This document shows positions 25,199 to 36,728 of a DNA stretch of 64,000 nt, one piece after another. A model generated the notes under the pieces. That model was not told the DNA's origin, ran no database searches, and saw only the letters and a list, made by a program, of their open reading frames with translations. Numbering within the stretch: the first letter of the stretch is position 1; the number at the start of each line of letters is the position of its first letter. This DNA is from Podarcis cretensis (taxonomy: Eukaryota): NCBI GenBank assembly GCA_951804945.1, contig OX638149.1, forward strand, positions 94,364,001 through 94,428,000, read 5' to 3'. The translations under genes were made by a program, and so were the position numbers.

Positions 25199-27002
25199 AT
25201 ATATATATATATGTATTTCCAGACCCTCTTCTGTCCCGATATGTAAGCCACCCTTACTCTGAACCAACTTGCAAGGCTTCTTCAACACTTTGCTGTGCAT
25301 GTTTCATTTTCTGAGGGGCAAACTAAATATGACAGTCTTTGCCTTTAACATACAGATTTTAAAAAAATGCTATTAGCAGCTGTCTGGATGGCTGATAAAT
25401 ATTGGGATGGAGGACATGTGGAGGGAGAGTTTACCCATTTTCTGACTTGCAGTTACAATGGAAATAATTTTGTGAAAACCTGTAAAGTTCCCATCGGCAC
25501 TTTGGGAGCTTTCCCTTAATGCAGAGAGCACATCTGGAGAATGCTCCACATCTGCTGTGATCCCAGTGATTTTCAGTCCCCTCCCAAGTGGATGGTTAGT
25601 ACATTTTAAAAGGAGTTTAAATCAGACACACATTTAACATTGCATAGTTTATCCCTGAGCAGAGGCCAATTTAGCCACACATTTGGAGGTGTAATGCCAA
25701 GGAAACTGACCAAGTGATTGAGGAGTGGTGCTCCAAAGCAAATATGGAGTGCTGCAGCCTGTGAAGATGTCCTCACTCTCTTGAGTGGAGCTGTCTTCCC
25801 CACAGAAAAAAACGGGGATGATTATACACGTAGGAGCTCTACTTGTGGGTAGCAGTGCATATGGTAGTCTGTCTCAGAGGGAGCTTTTTAAACTGTTGCT
25901 ATTATTTCACACACTGGCAAATCCAAGTTATGCAATTCAAGTTGATGAGGACTCTTGCATGACAAACCCACTCTTTTCCCCAAATCAGACATTTCACAAT
26001 AAGGAAAGTCATTGGATGCACCGGAAAGTGGAGAATGATGATTGCTTGATGTCATGTAACTTCCCTGTATATTAATCAAAATGAATGCTCGATAAGTAGC
26101 CAACATCTTCTAACCTCCCCACAATCTTTGTGCATATTAATAAGGATAAATGCTCAATAAACAGTTCATCTGGAAGCAACCAGAGTATTTCTAAAAGTGC
26201 AAGATGTAAGGATGGAGATAACAGGATAATAGCATTCTCAAATGATATACATAATAGAGGAGCAGCTCACAGGCGAATTTAATCCACAAGCACATTTTAT
26301 ATCATGCAATGAGGTATGAACATGGTTTCACTTAGAACCCCTTTGACTAATGATATGAGATAGGGCTGTAGCTAAATACAGCTTTGTGCTACTATCATCT
26401 GGTAATGCATGGGAAACAGCTTGCCGGTTTTAGGGAGGCTTATCTTTTGGAAGAGTGACTAATTTGCCTTTGCATAAATAGGAGTTCAAAGGAAATGAAT
26501 GCTGTTTATCCAGGATTTAGGGAAGATTTTGTAAAATAGATCTAGTCCTGTGAAGCTCTAACCACCTCCAGTTTCCTAGTATCTGGGATTTTGTTTTGTT
26601 TTGTATCTCTGGTCCTAAAATACAAAAACCTGAGAGAAAAGGAGATTCTGTACTAGCTTTATACGTTGCAGAATTGTTTCAAAATAACAGAAATTGCATT
26701 ATATAATAAGGTCACCAGAATTATACCTTGTTTTCTCATGTAAGATTAATTTTGATTTATGGAAATTTGGATAAGGATAGGAGGAGAAATCTCTTTCTAG
26801 GTAGAATAGTATTAAGACTGAACTCATTGACTTTTTTATTGTAGGAAATTTGTTTATACAGTATGCAATCTTGTAAGTGAACTGTTGGAACACATGTTGC
26901 ATCTTTGAATTTAAACTGACAGATGTGCAGTTAAACTATTTTAGCCTCATGAACAAAACTAGTCTAGTTCTAGTGTCTTACAGAACACACCATTACATTG
27001 CC

Positions 27003-28085
27003 TTTTAAAAATTGTTTTTATTAAAGGATTTTCATGGTTAACAAGGGTACATACAACTTCTCTGTTTTCAGAGGTATGTGCCTGTAGTGGTGCAGCCTCT
27101 CCAGCATTTAGGTGAGGTTCCTGGGTGTATCAGCGCCAGCTTCCGAGGTGTTAAAGGTAAAGGGACCCCTAACCATTAGGTCCAGTTGCAGACAACTCTG
27201 GGGTTGCGCTCATCTCACTTTATTGGCCGAGGGAGCCAGCGTATGGCTTCCAGGTCATGTGGTCAGCATGACTTAAGCCGCTTCTGGCGAACCAGAGCAG
27301 CACACGGAAATGCTGTTTACCTTCCCGCCGGAGTGGTACGTATTTATCTACTTGCACTTCGTGCTTTCAAACTGCTAGGTGGGCAGGAGCTGGGACCGAG
27401 CAACAGGAGCTCACTCCGTCGCGGGGATTCGAACCATCGACCTTCTGATCAGCAAGCCCTAGGCTCTGTGGTTTAACCCACAGCGCCACCCACATCCCGA
27501 GGTGTTAGGTACCATCTATAAATTAGTTTCAAAGTCAGTTCTTTTCTTTTGGTTGAGATGTACTTAAAGGGTGGTTTAGATCATAGTTTAAACAGAGTTT
27601 TGAACACAGTTTTGAAGGGTCTTGAGTAGTAGCTTGTATATTGTGGATTCCATCCCCTTGCTGTGTCCCTCTGTTGTTAGAAGTTTATAGAAGGTGTTCA
27701 GAGTCCTTTGACTGCTGGGTTATTTAAGAAGGTGTGCAGTTGGTGTTGGGTCAGCCAGGGTATACAAACTAGGGGACACCTAGTTTTCCCTAGTTTGTCT
27801 TTTATTTTTTGTGTTAGTATGGGTTTGTCATTTTTGTAGAAGTCTGTTAGGCTGTGTAAACCTTTGACTTGTCATGTTTTTGTTTGGAAGCTGTAGGCTG
27901 CATGGTGGAATAGTGGGTGGTGGCCAGGGGGATTAATGGGTTTGGGGGCACTTTACCTGCTTTCTCCTTCCATACTTTAAGCATGGATTGTGTGAACCTG
28001 TTTAGTGTTGTGAGGATTTTCTTTAGTTTGTTTACAAGGAACGGATACACTGGTACTTCCAGTTGCATCTCTCTCCATGTGCAAC
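27003..28085 (-). mobile_element. L1-type LINE 3' fragment (ORF2 C-terminal zinc-finger region), interrupted by a SINE
   Basis: After removing the SINE and one TSD copy, the minus strand reads KELTLKLIYRWYLTPRKLALIHPGTSPKCWRGCTTTGTYL, typical of the L1 ORF2 zf-RVT region. AATAAA and an A-rich tail lie on the minus strand near 27003-27022. Boundaries are approximate. Confidence 0.75.
27154..27496 (-). mobile_element. Full-length Sauria SINE with target-site duplication
   Basis: TSD CCGAGGTGTTA at 27143-27153 and 27497-27507. Confidence 0.95.
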
Positions 28086-30007
28086 CATTGTTTTCTTTAA
28101 AAAAAAAGCTGACAAAAATAGCTTTGTGTTAAACACTTTGGCTGGCGCATTCATAATGCTTCTTAATCATTCATAATGGTTTAAGAATTCATGCGTGCTC
28201 CACAGGTTCAGACTCAACTTTTCCCTCTTGGATGTGAATTTTCCTCTCCCTTTCATTTTCAAAGCTAACCCATGTTACATCTGTACTGTATCAAACTGCA
28301 ATTTGCAAATATGTTTCTAACTGTGGTTGCAAACTGGCTTGGCACTAACCATTGTTAAAAGTGGGTTTGTGAGCTGTGGTTTGAGCTAAACGTGGCTTTG
28401 TTCCATTAATGGCATTTAAAAGTAACTTGCTACTATTCATTCTTAGGGCAGTGTTTTGTACCGCTATCCATAAGAAATTGGGCAGGCAGACTATGATATT
28501 TAGTGAATAAGTGACATATTTGCATCTGATCTACAATTTTGGGCTGGCTTGGCAGCTATGTCAAAAAATTTAGTTGCCCACTCCCTGCCTATCATTCTCC
28601 TGCCACCTTCTTTCCATCCCTCTTCCACCCACTGGCCTTTCCCAAGGGAAAAGAGAAATGTACATGCGGTTGAGTGTACTTGAGTGCTGCTGCTTTAATA
28701 TACTTGCAGCATCTTCAGGGAACAGCATGCAACCCTGGAGCTGGGAAGCAGTGCAGATGACAATTCACAAACTGTGATAATCCTTGCCCAGCTCTCCAGG
28801 TTGACCGACTTTAGGGTGGTGCCCAAGTGGAATTGTGGGAGTCTGTAGATACCAAAAGCATTCTGTTTGGTAAGTCTCACAATGCTCTCCTAGTTTTATG
28901 AGTACTTTAAAGAGAAACTTGAGTGTTTCTTAATTACAGTTTGGGATATTTTACAAAAAGACTGCCTAGTAGGCATTTTAAATGCCTGCTATGAGTTATT
29001 ACTAGAGATACCTTCTGCATTATGAATGTTTTAATAAGCTCTTCCTGTTTTCCACATATTATGAAGTATCATATATCTCACAGCTAGGAATAATATCCAG
29101 CTAGGAGCAAATCCCATATGCTAAGAGCAAACTCATTCTCCAACTTGTGTAGCCCCCAAAAGCAAAAGAGGAAGGTATCAGCAGGCTGTGTGTTTAAAGG
29201 AGGGAGGCTAAGTCAGCTCAGTGTACCGTGCAGTGCTGGTTGACTGCTGGAGTTGGGGAATGCAAACTAATGCGGAGGGGAAATGGAAAGGACTGTTCTG
29301 GAATAGGCCATGATTGATTGGCTGGCTAGAACTCTGAACAAGAGCACTCCACACTGCAATATTTGTGGCAGGAGTTATAAATGAATGCAAGCAGGATGAC
29401 AGCCAAAGCTAGGACACTGTGAAACAGGAGGGGAGGCACCAGCATGTTCAGGAGAACCCCAATGTTAGCAAAAAATTCTTAGGGACCATTCGGTCTCCAC
29501 AAAACAGTTCAGTTAAGGCGGAGTATGCTTAGTGGTCACTCATTGAGTGAGTGAATGGAAAAGTGGGTGAAACAGAATAGAGCAGCCTGGATGAGGCTAT
29601 GGCTGGCTGGAATATTGTACAGAAACACTTTACAACATTTTGTTGCAGGGCCCACTTATATATATTTCAGTGGTGATGCAGTTTTGTGGTTGGAACAATT
29701 TGTGACTGCTCTTCTTCCCCCAGTTGTGGTGACAGAATTACTTTTGTGATGGTTTGCTAAATGCCATATGAATATAAGAAATAGGATTAGGTGCATACGA
29801 AGTCAGCTCTAACTAGCTCAGTTTTGTGTATAGTACACTGTCTGGTTGTGGCACTCCAGAGTTTCAGATGGGATATTCTCAGGGGTTGAACCAGGGATTT
29901 TACTAGAACCCCGAGATGCACTTAATGGAAATGTAGTGAATGAAAGCAAAGGTAAATCAAACTCTCTATGTATGTTCTGTTTCAGATTTTCCTTGTGCCT
30001 GCTGGCA

Positions 30008-30189
30008 ATGTCCATGATCTTGTCTGCCTCGGTGGTCCGTGTGAGAGATGGACTTCCTTTATCTGCTTCTACTGATTATGAGCAAAACGTTGGTGTGCAG
30101 GAGTGCCAAAAATACTTCAAAACTATTGCAAAGAGACTTTCTCAGCTTCCTGATAGATGCACACTTCATGCAGGACTGTATAACCTAAA
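30008..30189 (+). CDS. SEC22A: SEC22A first coding exon (exon starts at 29986); longin domain N-terminus
   Basis: ttctgtttcag| acceptor; [26 protein letters not shown]...[14 protein letters not shown]; donor AA|GTAAGT; 182 coding nt. Confidence 0.97.
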
Positions 30190-30598
30190 GTAAGTATTAT
30201 TTGGGATTTTATCTTGTTTTAATCTTGTTTCATATACAACTGTTGGCTGCTATAATAGGGAGTGAAACAACTATTTGCTTTTTGGGGGGGAGGACTAGGT
30301 TAGCTTTAAGTGATGATGTATTTTCATAAATCTTAAGTATGAAGGCATTTGTACAATTGCTTCATTCCTCATATAAGTAAGCACATAAATTGTGGTAATC
30401 CTCAGAGATCCTGTTTTGCATTCCACTGCCATGAGACAGGGCCTTTTTGGTGGCAGCATCTCAACTGTGGAATGTGGGAATATGGTCATTTGTCCATAAG
30501 AGCATGGGCAAAAGTTTATTATTGCAAGGATGATTTCATAAGCAGAAAGCATTGCTTGGAAGCATGAGCAGCGCGTGGACAGCTCATGCCATCCAATG

Positions 30599-30609
30599 AT
30601 TGGTCCACG
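30599..30609 (+). promoter_or_regulatory. Perfect ERSE-II consensus (ATTGG-N-CCACG) in SEC22A intron 2
   Basis: ATTGGTCCACG is read directly; function is inferred only. Confidence 0.4.
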
Positions 30610-30837
30610 TAGTATAACATGATCAGCTGCGTGGTCTGGTGTGAGAACATGAGACTAATGTATTGTATTGTCTTTTATCTGCTGACTGAGGCAAAGTTTT
30701 CTCCTTGAATTTGTATCTTTCTTCTGCTCTCAATAAAATGTTGGGCTGCAGCAGCTTCTAGAGAGAGCTGCGGCCAGATTTCTGCAACCCATCTTGGTGT
30801 GAGATGATTATTTATGGATGGCGAGCGGGTTCTCGTC

Positions 30838-30930
30838 AGTGGAACTCCCTCCCAAAGAAGGTTAGACTGGCCCCATCTCTGATATCTTTAAAACAAGAGG
30901 TTAAGACATTTTTCTTCTGTCAGTCTTCTA
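30838..30930 (+). mobile_element. L2 LINE ORF 3'-end fragment
   Basis: Translates WNSLPKKVRLAPSLISLKQEVKTFFF, matching the WNxLP...SL..FK..LKT.LF motif at the end of L2 ORFs. Confidence 0.65.
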
Positions 30931-31049
30931 GTTTTAAATTTGTCTGTTCGGATCCCCATTTTTGTGGGGAGAGGAGAATCTGTTTTATGTAGCTCTTCAA
31001 TGCTCCCCAGTTTTTAATTGTAATGAAAATTTAATTGTTATAAATGCAG

Positions 31050-31600
31050 TAATAATAATAAATTTTATTTATATCCCGCCCTCCCCAGCCGAAGCCGGGC
31101 TCAGGGTGGCTAACAACAATAAAACAGTACAACAGTACAACACAACACAACTCTAAAATCATTCCTTATAAAACTAATTCAAATAAATTTTGTTTTTTTG
31201 ATATTTAGAAATCATTTTATAAATATATTTATATTTTTTATAAATATTGTTTATAAATATTGTTTCAGTATTGCTTAACAACAACAAAACAACAACAACA
31301 ACAACAACAACAATTTGCATCCTGCCTATCTTACTGGGTTGTCCCAGCCCCTCTGGGTGGCTTCCAGCACATATAAAAACATAGGAAAGCATTAAACCTT
31401 AAAGAGCTGCCTTCAGATCTCTCCTAAAAGATATATAATTACTCATCTTCTTGACATCTGGTGGTAGGGCATTTCACAGGGTGGGAGCCACTACCGAGAA
31501 CACCGTCTCCCTGGTTCCCTGTTGCTTCACTTCTTGCAGTGAGGGAACTGCCAGAAGTCCCTCTGTGCTGGATCTCAGTGTCCAGGCTGAACCATGTGGG
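31050..31600 (-). mobile_element. Two L2-type 3' fragments (about 31050-31165 and 31315-31600) separated by AT-rich DNA and (AAC)n
   Basis: tttatttatatcccgccctcccc and actgggttgtcccagcccctctgggtggcttcc...agggcatttcacagggtgggagccactaccgagaa; (AAC)n at 31277-31313. Confidence 0.6.
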
Positions 31601-33082
31601 TGGATATATAAGGCATATAAGGGCAGAGTCATCAGAAGGCAAATCAAGTGATTATCTTGATATAGTGGTCTGACATAAACCCTAGTATATCATAGGCAGC
31701 CAAGCCTTGGACTACCCTTCTGGAAACAGAGATGCTTTTCCTTTGAAGTGTTTATGAAATGAATCTAATGCGGCAAAATATGCTGTGAACACATGGTGGG
31801 AGCAGTAGTGTGATGTCATAGCACATTATGCCATTTTGTTCCATTGGTTGTTTACCTTTAGTTTTTGAAGCATATCAGTTGGGACTCCACCTGCTGAGAG
31901 TGTTGGGTCACTCCTCCCTATAGTTTTTATTTCATTTTCCTACAGACTTCAATATATTTTGTGTCTAAGACCATGAGTTTGTTGGCAGTGCTTTTTCTTT
32001 TTGTCCAATAGGTTATAGAAAAACCCAGCATGCCTTATGCACACCTAGATGGGCTATGTTTATCTGGATTAAATTACAGCAGTGTACAGCAGCCATAAAA
32101 CCATGTGTATCTTTAAGCTGAAAACATAAATTTCAAGCCTTTCTCATTGCCTTCATTTTTCTTGTACCAAAACCATACTTTGGAATGGTTTATTTGAAAT
32201 GAGTTTGTGTGTGTGCTACAGTGTGTGTGTTTCATGATCTTAATAATTAAGTGGGCCCTAGACCAAATGGGGAATGAATTATTTGTAAGTAGATGCAAAT
32301 GGAGTTGGGGAGAGAATCAATATTCACAGTTCAAAATTAGATAATTCGTATTATTATCTGATGTGTACATTTCTGGCACTGACCTTTATAAACATACTTC
32401 CCTAAGTACTCTTGATAAATCTCTGGTGTTTAGTATATCAGTATATCAGTCTAATTATTTTTAAAGTGTCAGATGTACAGTATGTACCTAAAATTGTCCT
32501 AGAATTATTGTTTTGAATTGCACAAGGAATGATGAACTAATGCAGTGTTTTAACAGAATGTTTAATAAATAAAGAGTGTAAGCATATGCCAAAATTTCAA
32601 TTAGATCTGGGGAGTTTTCCAGCTTCTGATGAGTTCTTTTAATGCCATCACTGAATACTGACGAAGAAGCATCATTGCTAGGGCAGGATTTCATTCTCTG
32701 GCTCATAAAGATAATTCTGAAGAGCTTTTTTGTTTTGGGTTTTGGAATGAAGATGTCCTTTTATGCACAACCAGTAATTAAAACATTTAGAGGTTAAAGA
32801 GGGGAAGGCCACCTGCCCTCTTTGATCTGTTTCTTTCTTCTCACTTTAGAGAGGAAAAATCCTCATACTCTTCTGCTTTTTACTTGTGGTGGGACACACC
32901 CGGGACCTTTTCCTTTTGAAAACAATGTTACAATTTCTCATGAATATTGATGCTTTCATTACACTCAGAGCCATTTTTCTTGTTCTTACAGCTCAGAGAG
33001 CTGCTCTAGTCAAGCTGTAGATGCATGAATTTAATTCTGAAGCATTAAACACATTTTAAAATGTTTTTGTTTTGTTTTGTAG

Positions 33083-33246
33083 TTTTATTAGTTCATTGGG
33101 AGTGAGTTACATGATGCTCTGCACTGAAAATTACCCCAGTGTCCTGGCCTTCTGTTTCCTGGATGAGCTTCAAAAGGAGTTCATCACCACATACAACATG
33201 ATGAAGACAAATACAGCTGTTAGACCATACTGTTTCATTGAGTTCG
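33083..33246 (+). CDS. SEC22A: SEC22A coding exon 2
   Basis: ttttgtag| (N)[54 protein letters not shown] |gtaagg; 164 nt; phases match the neighbouring exons. Confidence 0.97.
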
Positions 33247-33326
33247 GTAAGGAGGATTCACCACTTTCTTTAATGATGGACTTGTTTTAGATTTATAAAT
33301 ATATAATTTTAGATTTAATCTATATA

Positions 33327-33552
33327 TAGATTTTAACTGCTAATTTTATTGTGTCAGCTAAGTAATAATAATAAAAAAGCTTTTTGTAAGCCACCTTGAA
33401 CACTTTGGGGTGGAAAGATACGTGTTTTACACACACATTATATATATATATATACACGTATCTTTCCACCCCAAAGTGTTCAAGTTGGCTTACAAAAAGC
33501 TTTTTTATTATTATTACTTAGCTGACACAATAAAATTAGCTGTTAAAATCTA
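33327..33552. repeat. 99-bp inverted repeat (2 mismatches) with a 28-nt CA/TA spacer
   Basis: 33327-33425 is the reverse complement of 33454-33552 except at two positions. Confidence 0.95.
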
Positions 33553-34207
33553 AACATAACCACTGTTTGAGCCACAAACCTTTACTGTGATATATAGCCC
33601 ATTCTTCCAGCACCTTACAAAAAAAGAGAGAGCTTTCACCTGTCTCACTTCTCCTCCCCCTGTGTGCTGTGCTGGGGATTCACCAATTTCTTAGATTCCA
33701 GATGCCCTAAGAATATGTCGAAAATGAAGAAGCCTGTGGGCTTTCCCCTTTAAGCACGTATTTTGCTCTTACATATGTATAGTCGTATGCTTTTGTTGGG
33801 AAAGAAAGTTCATCATTATGGATGCTGTTAATTCTCATATTATGTGTGTCGAAGTAAAACAGGCTTGTTTTATTTTGTAAGAATATATTCTGAATTGCAT
33901 GAAAAGCTAAACAAAATGCAATTCATTAATTATATTAGCCCTACTTTCAGGCTTGTCAGTGCATGAGTCATTAGTTTATTTATAATTAGATTCCTAGCGC
34001 TTAATTTTTTGGTGCTGCAAAATTAATTAGCCCATGATATATTAGTTATAAAGTAGCAACAATATTAAAACCTTCCACAATGGATGTAAGAATTCCAAAT
34101 AATGAATTTAAATGTGTCTCAGAGACTTATATTGCCCATAAAGCCATGGGGTCTCAAATGATTTTATTAACATATGTCTAAGGGGGTTTTGTTTTAATTT
34201 TACACAG

Positions 34208-34402
34208 ATAATTTCATTCAGAGAACCAAGCAGAGATATAACAACCCACGGTCTCTGTCGACAAAGATAAACCTTGCTGACATGCAGACGGAAATCAGGC
34301 TGAGACCACCTTATCAAATTTCCTTGTCTGAATTGGGTTCAGCCAATGGGTATCCACATGTACCTCTTCCAGAATACAAAGGTACTGGGAAAATATCTAC
34401 AG
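34208..34402 (+). CDS. SEC22A: SEC22A coding exon 3
   Basis: acacag| (D)[47 protein letters not shown]...KGTGKIST |gtgagt; 195 nt. Confidence 0.97.
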
Positions 34403-36498
34403 GTGAGTTTGTTTCCTTTAACATAATTTTGCTTGGAAGGTTCAAAACTGGAGCAATTTGCTTATACCAGTTTTGTAAATCTTGGGACCAAACTAGATGT
34501 CATTCTTGTTGTTTAGCCTGTCTTAAAATAAAATAAATGGCCATTGCAATGGGCCTATTCCGGATCAGGACTGTGGCATGGAGAGATTACTTTAACCCTT
34601 TGCCCCTGCTGCTTTCCTGATTAGAATCTCTCCCACCCACAACACAGCACCTTCAGTTTGCAGTGGGAGGAAAGGTCCCATTGTTTCCCTCAAGGTCAAA
34701 TGACATGTCTAATTTGATCCTAAAATTTTGCTAAATCTGAGGTCTTGCTAATGGCTCCACCATATTATTCCACTCTTGTAACAATCAACAAGCTTGAATT
34801 TGTGAATATAAGTAAAAAGCCACTGCAAAATTTCACTTGTCTCTAGAATATGTGATTCTGGATTAGAATGATGGCCATGAATGTAGGGAGGAAGCTACAT
34901 TTAACTATGAAGCTCACTGAGGTTTGATGGAAATTGTTATCTCATATAATCTGTTTATTCCGACATGTTTGTTTTAGAGTAAAATACATGTAGAATAGAA
35001 ATCTGTATTTTTTAAAAAACATGTTTCTTCCAAACAACAACTAAGCTGTGCACAGATTAGTGTGTTCCTTCCAGAGTTTGGAAACAGTGATGCTCACACA
35101 GTCTAGTTTTCTTCTTCTGGAGAAATTCCCTTTGTCGCTGCTGTGCTTTCTCTGACTTTATGAACTGCTTTGGAGAGCCTTTTTCTGCTGCAGCTGTTCA
35201 ATGCAAACAACATGGAATGACACCCCTCTCAATATTAATGTTCCAGCTCATTAACTTCATTGTTGGCACCTTTACACTTCACTGATTTAAACAGAATGAT
35301 TTAAATATGGTTCAGTAACCTCATTGTCACTCTCTCTGTGTTGCCTAGACTACTGTGGATTTTGCCCTGTTTTATCATATTCATTTTCTGTCACTTGTTG
35401 CGGAATAGCACAGTAACTGCTTGTACACACATTCACTATGAATTGGCAGACATTTGTGTGTACCGTTGGCTCTCCAGTAGCACCGATGAATGTCTGCATA
35501 AATGCTTATTTTCAGCCACCTCCTCTGCATCTTTTAGCATCACTATAGTTTGTAAGAGAATTGTGCAGTGGGCCCCTCTCTGGATTTGCCAGTGAAGCTA
35601 GAAGCTTTCATACTTAGCCTACCTCTCCTTCTGCTTCACAGTGCCCCATTTAGCAAATACACTAAGGCACTAAGCCTATGTACATTTACTTGGGAGGAAG
35701 TCCATTAGGATTGATTGGACTTCCTTGTGAGAAACAAAGGAGTGTCTGATTAAGGGGCTAAAAGTGCTGGAGGAGGATAAACTGACAATAGTTTTTGGAA
35801 GACTTTTAGGAGATGAAAGGACCCCATTCATTGCCTCCTAGAATACCAATTATGGGTATATTACTTTTCATTTTTTTGTAATATTCCACATTGCTGTCAA
35901 TTAAAAATATGGAAAAGGATCAGGCTGTCAACTTCTGTGCACTTACTTGCAAGTAAGTACCATTGAGCCCTACTTCTGAGTAAGCATGTTTAGGGTCGCC
36001 TATAAATCATTCTTTAAGAGCTGTAACTTATGCATTAGTAGAGCAGAAAAGCAAACTCTGAGAGCCCTATTTCAAGGGTGAGGCTTAACTACTCAGTGGC
36101 TAATTGCAGACTAATTTCACCAGCTAGTTCTACATTTTGGAGATTTACAGCTGTGCTCCCACAATCCAAGCCTAATACTGAAGAACTTGGGTGCATTAGT
36201 TCAAAACTTATTTTTAACCAGGCCTTGGAGAGTTTCAGTTTTTGCTCATGCAAAATATATTTTTTCCAATGTGCTCTGAGAGTTATGCTTCTTCAGCTTG
36301 CTGTTATATATTCTCTAAGCAAGTACTCAGTTTAAAATAAATGGAAAGGGAGTCTCTTAAGCTTATGAGTATTTTCTCATTTAAGTTACAGAATCTTGAG
36401 CAGGAAGACACTGAAAAATAGCATTAACATTTTTGGCTCAAACATTAAGGAACACATCTTTAAATATTGATAAGTGTTTTTCCCCCTCTGCCTTCCAG

Positions 36499-36617
36499 CC
36501 CCTCACCAGCGACTGGAACCAGTGACTCTGTCAGGGATTGTTTCCTTTCTACTCAGCCTTTTATGTGGAGCTTTGAATTTAATTCGTGGTTTTCATGCCA
36601 TAGAGAGTCTTCTGCAG
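36499..36617 (+). CDS. SEC22A: SEC22A coding exon 4 (first transmembrane segment)
   Basis: ccttccag| (A)[39 protein letters not shown] |gtactg; 119 nt. Confidence 0.96.
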
Positions 36618-36655
36618 GTACTGTAGCCATGTTTATGACTTTGTAGCAGGGAAAA

Positions 36656-36728
36656 CAGGAATGCCTGGCGTGCTCTGGTGCATGGGGTCACAAAGAGTTG
36701 GACACAACTAAACGACTAAACAACTACA
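36656..36728 (+). mobile_element. BovB (RTE clade) LINE extreme 3' end with target-site duplication
   Basis: gcctggcgtgctctggtgcatggggtcacaaagagttggacacaactaaacgactaaacaac matches the BovB terminus; TSD AGCAGGGAAAA at 36645-36655 and 36729-36739. Confidence 0.85.

Noticed and set aside
30527-30690. Intronic C/D-box snoRNA
   Set aside because: No proper RUGAUGA box C and no terminal stem pairing with the CTGA.
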